A stretch of DNA of 64,000 nt from an uncultured bacterium (lineage in GTDB: Bacteria; Patescibacteriota; JACMRA01): assembly GCA_963704645.1 (NCBI GenBank), contig OY969926.1, positions 32,001 to 96,000 on the forward strand. Reading direction: 5' to 3'. Positions within the stretch are counted from its first letter, which is position 1; each line of letters starts with the position of its first letter. This document shows positions 9,086-18,974 of the stretch, piece after piece. The position numbers and the translations under genes are program-made. The notes under the pieces were generated by a model. It was not told where the DNA came from. It was given only the letters and a program-made list of their open reading frames with translations, and searched no databases.

Positions 9086-10609
9086 CTAAAACCGACCTCT
9101 GTATTGCAGACTTTCTGCTAGATGCAGGGTTTCAATATTTTCGCTACCGGCTAAATCGGCTATAGTTCTGGATAGTTTTAAAATACGATTGTAACTTCTG
9201 GCACTTAAGTTGTATTTATCTATGGCTTTGTTTAATAAACTGGTGGAATCTGGGCTAAGTTTACAAAACTTTTTAACTTCACCACTGCCCATTTCAGAAT
9301 TAGTGTAAAGCCCAAACTGGCTTAAACGGTGTTGTTGAATTTGCCTAGCTTTAGCAACTCTTTTAGCAACCTCCAAACTACTTTCGGCATCTACTAAACT
9401 TCCCAATTCGTCTTTACTTGGGTTATTAACTTCCACCCGCAAATCTATTCTATCTAATATTGGACCACTAAATTTAGCTTCATATTTAGCTATATGCTTA
9501 GAGGAATGATTCTGGTTCGCTTGTGGATTATTGGCATTACTAAAACCACTAGGAGTTGGATTTGCTGCTGCAACTAATGTGAATTTAGCTGGAAAACTTA
9601 CACTTCCAAAGGCTCTTGAAATATTCACATGCCCATCTTCCAGAGGCTGCCTAAGAGATTCCAAAGTTTCACGCTTGAACTCTGGAAATTCGTCTAAAAA
9701 CAACACACCACGGTGAGCCAAAGAAATTTCCCCAGGGCGAAGCTTGCTACTTCCACCAATTAATGATATTTGGGAAGAAGTATGATGAGGACTTCTGAAT
9801 GGGCGTTCTAAAACTAGCTGCGATTCTGGCAAAAGCTGAGCAATAGAATAAATTCTAGTAACTTCCAATACTTCCGCCTCACTTAAAGCTGGTAAAATTC
9901 CTGGCAAACATCTTGCCAACATGGTTTTACCACTGCCAGGACTGCCAATAAGAAGTAAATTATGCCCTCCACTAGCCGAAATTTCTAAAGCACGTTTAGC
10001 AACAGCCTGGCCTTTTACAAAGCACAAATCTTTAGAGGAATGTAGTTTAAAACCGGCCTGTAATTCGGCTAAATTTCTTACAGCTAAAATGTTAATAAGT
10101 TTTTTATTCTGCAAATGTTGAACAATTTCTGTTAAAGAACTAATTGGGAAAATATTTAAGTTTGATATTAATGAAAGCTCGTCTTTGTTAGCATCTGGAC
10201 AAAAGAAATGCTGAATACCTTGTTCCCTAGCCCACAATGCTATGTTTAAAATACCAGGTATAGCTCTAAGTTTTCCGTCTAATGCCAGTTCGCCTAAAAA
10301 TAAACTATTTTCTGGAAGTTTTGGTATAATTCCAATTACTTCTAAAAGCCCCACCGCCATTGCTAAATCTAAACCAGAACCAGACTTAGCCACATTAGCC
10401 GGCGCTAAATTAAAAGTAATTCTTCCCAAGGGAAATTCGAATCCACTCTCTTTTAAGGCTGTTCTAAGCCTCTCCTTACTTTCAGACACACTTTTGTCTG
10501 GCAAACCTACTACAATAATTTGTGGAAGGCCGGAAGATAAATCTATTTCTACTTGAATTGGCTGTGTGTTTAAGCCCTGCGTTATTGCAGTTAATGTTTT
10601 TGTGATCAT
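9086..10609 (-). CDS. comM: YifB/ComM Mg-chelatase-like AAA+ ATPase
   Basis: VGLPD..V.ESKER, GGHNLLLIGSPGSGKT, PFRSPHH and AHRGVLFLDE. Confidence 0.93.
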   Translation of the reverse strand: MITKTLTAITQGLNTQPIQVEIDLSSGLPQIIVVGLPDKSVSESKERLRTALKESGFEFPLGRITFNLAPANVAKSGSGLDLAMAVGLLEVIGIIPKLPENSLFLGELALDGKLRAIPGILNIALWAREQGIQHFFCPDANKDELSLISNLNIFPISSLTEIVQHLQNKKLINILAVRNLAELQAGFKLHSSKDLCFVKGQAVAKRALEISASGGHNLLLIGSPGSGKTMLARCLPGILPALSEAEVLEVTRIYSIAQLLPESQLVLERPFRSPHHTSSQISLIGGSSKLRPGEISLAHRGVLFLDEFPEFKRETLESLRQPLEDGHVNISRAFGSVSFPAKFTLVAAANPTPSGFSNANNPQANQNHSSKHIAKYEAKFSGPILDRIDLRVEVNNPSKDELGSLVDAESSLEVAKRVAKARQIQQHRLSQFGLYTNSEMGSGEVKKFCKLSPDSTSLLNKAIDKYNLSARSYNRILKLSRTIADLAGSENIETLHLAESLQYRGRF

Positions 10610-10673
10610 ATTTTATTAAGACCACCCAATACTATAAATTTTAAACTTAGATTAAATTTCTACAGTTTTTTAT

Positions 10674-11654
10674 TTACAACAGTCTAAGAGCAACTAGAAC
10701 TAACAACACAAAAGCTAAACCTAAACGATAGTATATGAAAGGGAAAAAAGTTTTTCTAGAAAGAAAATTAATCAACCAAGACAAGCAAAACCAACCAACA
10801 ATGTAAGACAGAACAAAGCTAATAAATAAACTAAATAAAGATATATTCACATTGCCTGCCGTCCAATTACTGTCACTCGGAAGCAAGGTAATTTGCCCCT
10901 TAAAAATTTCTGAAACTGCTTTTAGTAAATCGTATAAACTAGCCGCTATTAATGCTGGAATTGAAAGTAAAAATGAAAATCTAACTGCTTCTTTTCTGGG
11001 TCTACCAACAATTAAAGCTCCACTGGTGGTTGCTCCACTTCTTGAAATACCTGGGAAAATAGCTAGAAATTGAAATAGTCCAACCAATAAAACTTCGCCC
11101 TTAGTAAAAATAACTGATTTCTTATCTTCATTTACTTCTGGATGTTGTTTAACCTGAGTGTGAATATATTCAGCTAGCCACATTAAACCAGAGCCAACAA
11201 TTAAGAAGTAAGCGATGTCAGACAAACTTCTATATTGCTCAGCGAAATTGCGTAACGTAAAACCTAAAATTAAAATTGGAATACTCCCTAAAATAATTTG
11301 TAAAATTTCTATATCAACAAGGTTTTTAGCCGAGAGATGACTTTGCTTATAACTTCCGTTCCACCAACTCCTAGCATGCTCTACAAACCTTTCCCTGGTT
11401 TCTGGGTGTTTTAATATATCTAAACATCGGTAAAAATATTTACTTAAATCTGCCCAAAAATATTGAATAATGGCGATAGTTGTACCAAATTGAATAATAT
11501 TTGAAGTTACAAGCCCAATATCTCTACCACCAAGCAAAGCCGAGCTTAGTAAGCGCAAATGTGCTGTTGAAGATATTGGCAAAAACTCTGCCACACCCTG
11601 CACTATACCAAGCAAAGCAGACAGCACTACTTCATTCAGGAAAGAAAAATTCAT
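10674..11654 (-). CDS. uppP: Undecaprenyl-diphosphate phosphatase
   Basis: QGVAEFLPISSTAH and PGISRSGAT motifs. Confidence 0.93.
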   Translation of the reverse strand: MNFSFLNEVVLSALLGIVQGVAEFLPISSTAHLRLLSSALLGGRDIGLVTSNIIQFGTTIAIIQYFWADLSKYFYRCLDILKHPETRERFVEHARSWWNGSYKQSHLSAKNLVDIEILQIILGSIPILILGFTLRNFAEQYRSLSDIAYFLIVGSGLMWLAEYIHTQVKQHPEVNEDKKSVIFTKGEVLLVGLFQFLAIFPGISRSGATTSGALIVGRPRKEAVRFSFLLSIPALIAASLYDLLKAVSEIFKGQITLLPSDSNWTAGNVNISLFSLFISFVLSYIVGWFCLSWLINFLSRKTFFPFIYYRLGLAFVLLVLVALRLL

Positions 11655-11795
11655 AGAACAATAGTTTCTTCCCTAAAAAATAATGTCAATGAGTACAATA
11701 TTCATAGTCCAAACTATCATTAGTATTTTAAGATATTTTTGTAAGTAGAATGTGCTAAATACTTGGCGAAATAGTAACAATATGTAAAAAATTAA

Positions 11796-12542
11796 GGGTC
11801 TAGATAAGCTGACAACAATCTAATTGTTCATTATAGCTTATCATAACAATGAAAAACAAGTATATCCAGCGTTCACGTATTTCTGAAGCAAAATTTAGAG
11901 AAATAGCTAAACTATTTTGTGCGGATTTAAACGCTACAGATAGTTCTAAGTTATGTGGAATTAGTAGAGTTACAATTACTAAAATATTCCATGAAATTAG
12001 GGTTAAAATATTTAAGTTACAAGAAGGATTAAATATTGAAAAAGTATCAGGTGAAGTAGAACTTGATGAAAGTTATTTTGGCTCTAGAAGAATTAGAGGA
12101 AAGAGAGGCAGAGGAGCTAAAGGTAAAACAGTGGTATTTGGACTTTTAAAAAGGAATGGTAAAGTATATACTCAAATTGTTAATAAAGTAGATAAAAAAG
12201 AATTATTACCAATAATTAAAGGAAAAATACTTGAAGACACAACTGTTTATACAGATGGTTGGAAAAGTTACAATGGTTTAATTACAGAGGGTTATAAACA
12301 CTATAGAATATTTCATTCTCGTGATGAATTTGCTAGAGGTAAAAATCATATTAATGGAATAGAAAGTTTCTGGGCTTATGCTAAAAGAAGATTGATTAAG
12401 TTTAATGGAACAAAGAATAATTTTTATTTGCATCTAAAAGAAACAGAATTTAGATTTAATAATAGACAAAATAATCTTTACCAAATAGTTTTAAAACTAA
12501 TCAGAGAAAACCCTATTAATTTTTCTTAACTTATCTAGACCC
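11796..12542 (+). mobile_element. IS1595-family insertion sequence (IS1016-like), complete, 747 bp
   Basis: 13-bp perfect terminal inverted repeat GGGTCTAGATAAG; 8-bp TSD AAAATTAA at 11788-11795 and 12543-12550. Confidence 0.93.
11849..12529 (+). CDS. IS1595-family DDE transposase
   Basis: VELDESYFG, GKRGRGA, VYTDGWKSY, HINGIESFW and LKETEFRFN. Confidence 0.95.
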   Translation: MKNKYIQRSRISEAKFREIAKLFCADLNATDSSKLCGISRVTITKIFHEIRVKIFKLQEGLNIEKVSGEVELDESYFGSRRIRGKRGRGAKGKTVVFGLLKRNGKVYTQIVNKVDKKELLPIIKGKILEDTTVYTDGWKSYNGLITEGYKHYRIFHSRDEFARGKNHINGIESFWAYAKRRLIKFNGTKNNFYLHLKETEFRFNNRQNNLYQIVLKLIRENPINFS

Positions 12543-12592
12543 AAAATTAATTTTGACAAATATAGTTTATAGAAACCTAAGTATTCTCTAAC

Positions 12593-14839
12593 ATGTATTT
12601 TCTGTCAGAATTTTTATGGTCATTTTCAATAGCGGTTATATTCCTAATTGTTGCAGAAAGTTGCGGCAGTTTATTCTTAAATTTAATTAATTTATTCTTA
12701 AAAAGATTACCAGCCTTATCATTACACACCAATATTATCAAGCATTCTAGTAGCGGCGAAGCTTGCGAGCCAGAAATTCTAAAGCCACAATACACAAATG
12801 ACTCAAGTAGCAATTCATACTGGCTAGAAACAGAAAACCCCGCCTTAATATTAAGAATTATTGCAGGCTTATTAATTTTAGGTATGATGTATTTTTGGCT
12901 TGGTGTATTCAATCTTTTTTATAAAGATATATTATTACTGACAGCTCTTGTATTCCCAACCATTAGATTTTCTTTTAGAATAATCAAAGCAACTTATTTC
13001 AATTTTAAAACTAAATTGAGACACATTCCAAGTGTAAAAAAGAATTCTATTTTAATTAAACTAGATAATTTTTGGGTGAATATTAAGGAACAAAGATATT
13101 TACTTTCTGGTCTAAGTTTATTTTCAATTTTAAGTTTTCCAGCTGCTTTCAGACCCATAATTCAGTTTGACGCAATATGGTATCATTTAACTATTCCCAA
13201 GTTGTTTTTACAAGCAGGAAATATAAATTACAACGGTGAATTTCTGCGGTACTCTGTACACCCATATTTAAATTTTTTCTGGAATTCACTCTTCCTTTCT
13301 ACACCTCAAAACTTAGTAATTCAAGGGCTGGCTATAAATATTTTTCAATGGATTCTAATTATTTTAGGAATGTATTTTGCCCTAAAAACTATTTCCAAAT
13401 TAACATCAATACCAGCTTGGCTTTTAATTTTAGCCCCATCTTTATTGGGAATTTTGAATAATGTCACCAATGCCTACGGAGCAGGATATAACGACCTTTA
13501 TGGTGTAGCAATAACTTTATTTTTAATTCCATTTCTATATCAACTTAGTTTGCAAAAAGAGATTAATATTAAACAAATTATTTGGGTTTTACTTTCTATA
13601 ATTACTTTAACTTTATTAAAAATTTTCTTTGCTCTTTTTGGTGGATTAGTTTTTATATATTTAATTTGGCTAATTTTAGATAAGCAAAATTCTAAATTTA
13701 CAAGCCCACTAAAACTTTCAGAAAATGACGCTAATATACTCTTGACCAATGATATAAATAGTAACTACAATGGACGTTCAAAAGTAATTATAAAACTATT
13801 TATCAGACCAAGCCTTCCTATAAAAAACTACTTAATTGAAATACAAAAGTTTATAGCGAATACTAAATTAAGTTTTATTCGAAACAATAATTTTTGGATT
13901 GGTTTTGGTCTTACTGCTTTAACTTTTGGATTAATATTTATTCTGCCTTGGATAGTAAGATCTTTTACACAAACAGGTAGATTATTAGACCCAATTGGAG
14001 CTCCTGGAATTAACGAAGATGCATATAATTTTTCTGGCTCTAAAACTGCCTTAAACCACTGGACTTATTTTGTCTGGGTTCGTCTTGCTAAAAATTTATT
14101 GCAAATACCTCTTTGGCGTTATTCACCTTTATTAGGCTTGGCATTCATTTTACCATTTTTCAAACAATTCCAACTGAAAAAATATTTATCACTGTGGCTT
14201 TTGGGAATGAGTGGATTTTGGAGTATTTATATCTTTAGTATAGTTTCCGAGTGGCGCTATTTTCTTCCAGCAGTTTACACTTTATTAATAGTTTTAATAA
14301 TTTTTGTTGCAGAAAATTGGAGCAACTGGAAGGGCAAGTTTTCTAAGAAAACAAAATGGATAGTTATTGCAGGATGTTGTTTTGTAATTGTATTTAATTA
14401 TGGACTGGTTTTAAAAACTACAGATTTAAAAAGTGACATGTACATTTTTCAGGGTCAGACTTCAGATGAATATTTAACTAGTCGTGTTTCACAGTGGCAG
14501 TTTGGGTATTACAAAAATGAAGGCTCTTTTCAACCAGAAAACTTAACTGCAACTGAAACTATTTTAGTTTTAAATTTACAAGGTATGGCCTATGTTTCTA
14601 ACCCAATTTTAAGCCCCAGAGCTCAGCCAGAGTTGTTTCAAAACTTAGAAAATATTAACGATTTGACCCAGCTGTTAAAAGACAAAAATGTAAGTTTTGT
14701 ACTAATGAAAAATCAAGATATTTCAAAATTGTGCGAACAGGCATGGGTAAAAAATTGTAGTTTAGAAGAGCTAAATTCCCAGTTCAAATTAGAAGGTAAA
14801 ATTGATGAAGAAAAAGTTTGGTGGTATAGTCTAAGGTAA
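12593..14839 (+). CDS. Polytopic membrane protein, probable GT-C-type glycosyltransferase
   Basis: Many TM helices, DAIWYHL..PK loop motif, RYFLP; contains an in-frame REP. Confidence 0.65.
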   Translation: MYFLSEFLWSFSIAVIFLIVAESCGSLFLNLINLFLKRLPALSLHTNIIKHSSSGEACEPEILKPQYTNDSSSNSYWLETENPALILRIIAGLLILGMMYFWLGVFNLFYKDILLLTALVFPTIRFSFRIIKATYFNFKTKLRHIPSVKKNSILIKLDNFWVNIKEQRYLLSGLSLFSILSFPAAFRPIIQFDAIWYHLTIPKLFLQAGNINYNGEFLRYSVHPYLNFFWNSLFLSTPQNLVIQGLAINIFQWILIILGMYFALKTISKLTSIPAWLLILAPSLLGILNNVTNAYGAGYNDLYGVAITLFLIPFLYQLSLQKEINIKQIIWVLLSIITLTLLKIFFALFGGLVFIYLIWLILDKQNSKFTSPLKLSENDANILLTNDINSNYNGRSKVIIKLFIRPSLPIKNYLIEIQKFIANTKLSFIRNNNFWIGFGLTALTFGLIFILPWIVRSFTQTGRLLDPIGAPGINEDAYNFSGSKTALNHWTYFVWVRLAKNLLQIPLWRYSPLLGLAFILPFFKQFQLKKYLSLWLLGMSGFWSIYIFSIVSEWRYFLPAVYTLLIVLIIFVAENWSNWKGKFSKKTKWIVIAGCCFVIVFNYGLVLKTTDLKSDMYIFQGQTSDEYLTSRVSQWQFGYYKNEGSFQPENLTATETILVLNLQGMAYVSNPILSPRAQPELFQNLENINDLTQLLKDKNVSFVLMKNQDISKLCEQAWVKNCSLEELNSQFKLEGKIDEEKVWWYSLR
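12750..12772 (+). repeat. GTAG-type REP family A inside a CDS
   Basis: Exact copy, translated as SSGEACEP. Confidence 0.9.
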
Positions 14840-14851
14840 ACTGAGATGAGT

Positions 14852-15220
14852 CTATAATTTCACAAAATTAACAATTTTATCGTATTTTTTTAACATTTTT
14901 ATATCTAAGCTAAAAATTAATTCAATGTTATTGTTCACCGCTGTTGCAATCTGCAAAGCGTCCTCCATATCTTCGTCCTTAAAAATTTCCAGGGCAAAAT
15001 TATATTCAAATTTAGACACTGGTAAAATATTTATATCTTCTAACATGTTTCGGACGTATACCAAATTAATTTTGGCTTTCTCAGCATAATAGTAAATAAT
15101 ATGAAGAGACGTGGAACTTATATACAAAGCATTGTATTGTTTACATATTTCTACACAAAAATTAGCTTTTTCTCTCTCAAACAAAATTTCCAAAATAACA
15201 TTACTGTCTAAAAAAATCAT
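14852..15220 (-). CDS. PIN-domain (VapC-like) toxin
   Basis: IFLDSNVILE, DMEDALQIATA and SLD acidic residues. Confidence 0.85.
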   Translation of the reverse strand: MIFLDSNVILEILFEREKANFCVEICKQYNALYISSTSLHIIYYYAEKAKINLVYVRNMLEDINILPVSKFEYNFALEIFKDEDMEDALQIATAVNNNIELIFSLDIKMLKKYDKIVNFVKL

Positions 15221-15245
15221 ACACGCTTATATCAAATTTTATGCT

Positions 15246-15569
15246 CTAATTTTTATTATTTTTATTGGAGTACCTATCTTCAAATTTATCTTCCATAAAA
15301 TGCTCCTTGTGAATTTTTTTAAAATCTTCACCTTCAGTAAAAATATTTTTGGTCACACCAGATTTATAATAATCTGACTCTACAAATTTTAGTAAACTGT
15401 GATTTTTCGGAAGCTGTTTTTTAACCGAACTTGCTTCATATAAATTTAAAGATACATATTTAGCATTTTTACCTCTACCCATTTTTACAATGTATTCTTC
15501 ACCATTTTGTACAGATTCAAATATTTGAGCTAGTTTTGCACGAAGAAATGTGGTAGAAATTGTAGTCAT
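15246..15569 (-). CDS. Phd/YefM-like antitoxin
   Basis: MTTISTTFLRAKLAQIFESVQNGEEYIV N-terminus; directly upstream of the PIN gene. Confidence 0.75.
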   Translation of the reverse strand: MTTISTTFLRAKLAQIFESVQNGEEYIVKMGRGKNAKYVSLNLYEASSVKKQLPKNHSLLKFVESDYYKSGVTKNIFTEGEDFKKIHKEHFMEDKFEDRYSNKNNKN

Positions 15570-15574
15570 ATATT

Positions 15575-15619
15575 AAAGGTTTAGACTTTTATTGTAAAGG
15601 TTTAGACTTTTATTGTCAA
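15575..15619 (-). promoter_or_regulatory. TA promoter TTGACA-17-TACAAT within a 21-bp tandem direct repeat
   Basis: AAAGGTTTAGACTTTTATTGT twice (15575-15595, 15596-15616). Confidence 0.8.
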
Positions 15620-15629
15620 CGTTCATCAC

Positions 15630-16442
15630 CTACCCTCTCAAATAGCCCAATCTTTGTTCTTCTGGAAGTTTTTCTATAGCGTAACGCAAACAAGTACGGC
15701 CTAATTTAGAATAATTTTGATCTAAGAAATTGATTAGCACTGGAAGATCTTTTTTTCCCATTTCGCGCAACATCCAGCCTAAAGCTTTTTGAATTAAATC
15801 GTGTTTATCTGAAATTAGAAGTCTGGCTATTAAATGTAATTCTTCAAACTGACCCATTTTAGTAAAATAAAAAGTGGCTAAAATTGCAATACGCCTATCC
15901 CACAAGTTTTCCGAGTTTGCTAGCTCAAACAATATTGACTTTTGATCAGGGTGTATAAACAAATACCTCCCAACAATTTGCCAAGCCGAAGAATCAACCA
16001 AATCCCAATTATTTACCCCAGCCTTATTTTCCAAATAAAATTCATATATTTTTTGGACCGATATAGGGGCGATCCCCGTGTCGCCATTGTCATTATCATT
16101 TTTTAATATATCTTGAGTATCACCGTGAACATTTTTCACACCAACCTTCTTCCCCACCAACCCAAACTCATTTTCAAATTGCCCAACTAAAATAATCAAC
16201 GCGGTTAATCGATGTTCATGAATTTCAGAACGCAACAACCCTTGGACATCCTGAAGCCCTAAATTTGCATACTTTTTAGCAATTTTTCTTTGCTCTGGAA
16301 CAGTAACCCCAATAAATTTATCACCTTCGGCATAACCGCCTTTGCCAGTTTTAAAGAACCAACTTGAGATGTTGGCTTTTGTAGGTGAAGATAATTCTAA
16401 CAAATCAGATCGTAGGTTTTGGACTGCTGAATTTGAACTCAT
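15630..16442 (-). CDS. DNA alkylation repair protein (AlkD-like)
   Basis: GDKFIGVTVP, NNWDLVD, LWDRR, HDLIQKALGWMLRE and LRYAIEK. Confidence 0.9.
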   Translation of the reverse strand: MSSNSAVQNLRSDLLELSSPTKANISSWFFKTGKGGYAEGDKFIGVTVPEQRKIAKKYANLGLQDVQGLLRSEIHEHRLTALIILVGQFENEFGLVGKKVGVKNVHGDTQDILKNDNDNGDTGIAPISVQKIYEFYLENKAGVNNWDLVDSSAWQIVGRYLFIHPDQKSILFELANSENLWDRRIAILATFYFTKMGQFEELHLIARLLISDKHDLIQKALGWMLREMGKKDLPVLINFLDQNYSKLGRTCLRYAIEKLPEEQRLGYLRG

Positions 16443-16574
16443 AACTTACATTTGTTAAGCTGTTGGGCGATGTCAATTCTTACTAATTACTTTAATAAAC
16501 ATATATACCCGATTCAATGTTTCAAGAAGTTGTCTTCTCACAAAGTTATGGAGTAATATAATTTACAACTAAAC

Positions 16575-18626
16575 TTACTTTGCCATTGGGTAGCTTTCTG
16601 TAAGCTGTTCAACCAAGTTTTTCTTTCCGAAAATACAAATTCCTAACCAGCCAATTTCTTCTGCTGTCTTAGAGTTCTGTGCTTCCTTAACTTTTATATC
16701 ATTTGAACTATTTAACATTTCTGTTGTAAACAAGCTAACCTCTAATTCCATCTCTTCGGCCAAGTTTTTTAAACTTAGAATATTTAAAGCTTGGTCAGTG
16801 CTTTTCATAACAATAGCATGCTGAATATTCATAGGTATTTTTACACCGTCTGAAGTAGAAGAACTATCAATTTCAATTAAACTAGTTCCAATTCTGGCAG
16901 CTAAAGAAGCAGAAAGATGAGCTGCAGCATTTAGTTTAGTCCAATTAGGAATATCTGGTGTATCCAAAATTACAACATGGGCTACTTTGGTGGTTTTAGA
17001 CTTTACTGTCTTATCTAAATTATTTTGCTCTTTAACGTAAGGGAAAGGTGAGCATTCTCTTATGTGTTTACTAAGTAAAAACGAAACAAATCTTTCACTA
17101 GTTCCAAATCCAGACATTGGAGGCATTCCGTATTCCATGGCCTTTACATAATCTTTATCCATAAATTGTGCTTCTTCGTTACCACTATCCCTTGCTGCTT
17201 GCTGCTCTTCAAATCTTCCAAACTGATCTACAGGATCATTAAGCTCGCTAAAAGCCTTTCCCAACTCAGCTTTTCCAGCTACAACTTGCCATCTTTCGGT
17301 TAAGTTTGGTTGCTCGTTATTTCTTTTAGCTAAAGGTTCAAGCTCAACTGGAGGCAAAACCAAGAAAAACGGATTTGTAGTATTTAATCTAGCTTTTTTC
17401 CATAGTTTATCTAATAAAGTAGCTATTCCATCTTCAATTTTTACATCATTAATTTCATTTTCAGAACAAAGCTTCAAAAGCTCTTCAGCGGTTTTGTTTT
17501 CGGTGTCAATTTTCCCGTTAGTAAAATAGCGTACTGCATCAAAATACTTAATTTTTGGCCAACCACCAACTAATTCCCAATTATTTTTCTTAGCTGTTTC
17601 TTCATCGCACCAGTCTCCCCAGTTTATTATGCTTCCATAGTAATCTGTTTGAATATAATCTCCCAAAATTTCTTTAATCATTCTCTGGTAAACTCTTTTC
17701 ACAAAAACTGCTGCCCAATTGTAATCGGTGTAAGCTTTGTACCATTCAATTGCAGTATAATCTTGTAAATGTTGCGGACTACTACCTTCATTTCTAAATA
17801 CTCTACCAATTTCGTAAACCGATTCAAAACCTCCTGCAATTAATTTCTTTAAAGGAAGTTCAAGACTAATTCTTAAATACATTTCTTGGTCTAATTCGTT
17901 GTAAAAAGTTACAAAAGGCTTGGCTTCTGCCCCGCCGGGAATTAATTCAAAAGTTGGATTTTCAACCGACATAAAACCCTCTTTCTCCATTTCCTCCTTC
18001 CAAATTGACCAATATTTAGCTTTAACTCTCATCAAATCTCTAACACTAACCCCGTTCTCGTCTACAGTATTCATTTTGAAATCAGCTACTCTGTTCAAAT
18101 ATCTAGCTTCCAAATTCTCATAATCCATTTTATCAGGAAGTGGGCGAAGTGCTTTAGTTAAAATCTTAAATTCTTGCACATACAAACTTGGCTCTCCGGT
18201 GGAAGATTCCGCCAAATATCCTGAAGCTTGAATATAATCACCATCATCAATTAAAGTTTTAAAATCTTCATAAGAAAGTAATTGAGTTTCTACGATTGTT
18301 TCTTCAGGCAAAATATCCGACTTAAACACCAATTGAAAACCGGAAGGTAGACTTTCGTCTTCTAAAACTACAAAACCAATTTTACCACTACTTCTTTTTC
18401 TTTTAATTCTTCCGGCTAAAGTAATATTTTCAATTGAACTTTCATTAAACTTTTCAGATAATTCTTGGAAATTTGTTTTAACTTCTAGCAATTTACAGTC
18501 TCTTTTTGAGCCTGCTGGAAATGGGTTAATACCTTTTTCAATAAGCTTGTTCATGGTTATTACACGCAGGTCGCGCTGGGTTTCTACAGAAGATGTATTT
18601 AATTTTGCATTCGGGTTTTCTGTCAT
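16575..18626 (-). CDS. lysS: Lysine--tRNA ligase (class II) with a C-terminal DUF2000/PTH2-like domain
   Basis: GGAEAKPF, YLRISLEL, YEIGRVFRNEG, ELNDPVDQ and YGMPPMSGFG; extra ~140-aa C-terminal domain; start set at ATG 18626. Confidence 0.93.
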   Translation of the reverse strand: MTENPNAKLNTSSVETQRDLRVITMNKLIEKGINPFPAGSKRDCKLLEVKTNFQELSEKFNESSIENITLAGRIKRKRSSGKIGFVVLEDESLPSGFQLVFKSDILPEETIVETQLLSYEDFKTLIDDGDYIQASGYLAESSTGEPSLYVQEFKILTKALRPLPDKMDYENLEARYLNRVADFKMNTVDENGVSVRDLMRVKAKYWSIWKEEMEKEGFMSVENPTFELIPGGAEAKPFVTFYNELDQEMYLRISLELPLKKLIAGGFESVYEIGRVFRNEGSSPQHLQDYTAIEWYKAYTDYNWAAVFVKRVYQRMIKEILGDYIQTDYYGSIINWGDWCDEETAKKNNWELVGGWPKIKYFDAVRYFTNGKIDTENKTAEELLKLCSENEINDVKIEDGIATLLDKLWKKARLNTTNPFFLVLPPVELEPLAKRNNEQPNLTERWQVVAGKAELGKAFSELNDPVDQFGRFEEQQAARDSGNEEAQFMDKDYVKAMEYGMPPMSGFGTSERFVSFLLSKHIRECSPFPYVKEQNNLDKTVKSKTTKVAHVVILDTPDIPNWTKLNAAAHLSASLAARIGTSLIEIDSSSTSDGVKIPMNIQHAIVMKSTDQALNILSLKNLAEEMELEVSLFTTEMLNSSNDIKVKEAQNSKTAEEIGWLGICIFGKKNLVEQLTESYPMAK

Positions 18627-18744
18627 ATTGCTATTTGATATTTGCGATACATAATTAAGCCAATAAAAAATATTTCTTTGCAAGAAAGATGTATGTTTAA
18701 CATATTTTTAGATTAATTTCACTGCGATGAAGTCATAATAAACA

Positions 18745-18770
18745 GTCACCCTGAACTTGTTTCAGGGTCT
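18745..18770 (+). repeat. Repeat family B
   Basis: GTCACCCTGAACTTGTTTCAGGGTCT palindrome. Confidence 0.8.
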
Positions 18771-18974
18771 AAACAGATGAAAAAGCTAAAACAAAAACTT
18801 TTGCTGTATTTTATCCCATATTCTTAATGGTTTTAAGAACAAAGTATTACTACTCGTAGTTAAAAAAATTCAATGATAATCCACTCTTAAATTTTTAACA
18901 GGCCGGCTTCTTAAAAAGTTCATCCTACCCAGTGTTAACTTAGACACGATGAAAGGACAAAGATATGGCTAATT

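Noticed and set aside
12577-12912. 111-aa minus-strand ORF and the many other short ORFs antisense to or nested in long genes
   Set aside because: Shadow frames of well-supported CDSs with no independent motifs
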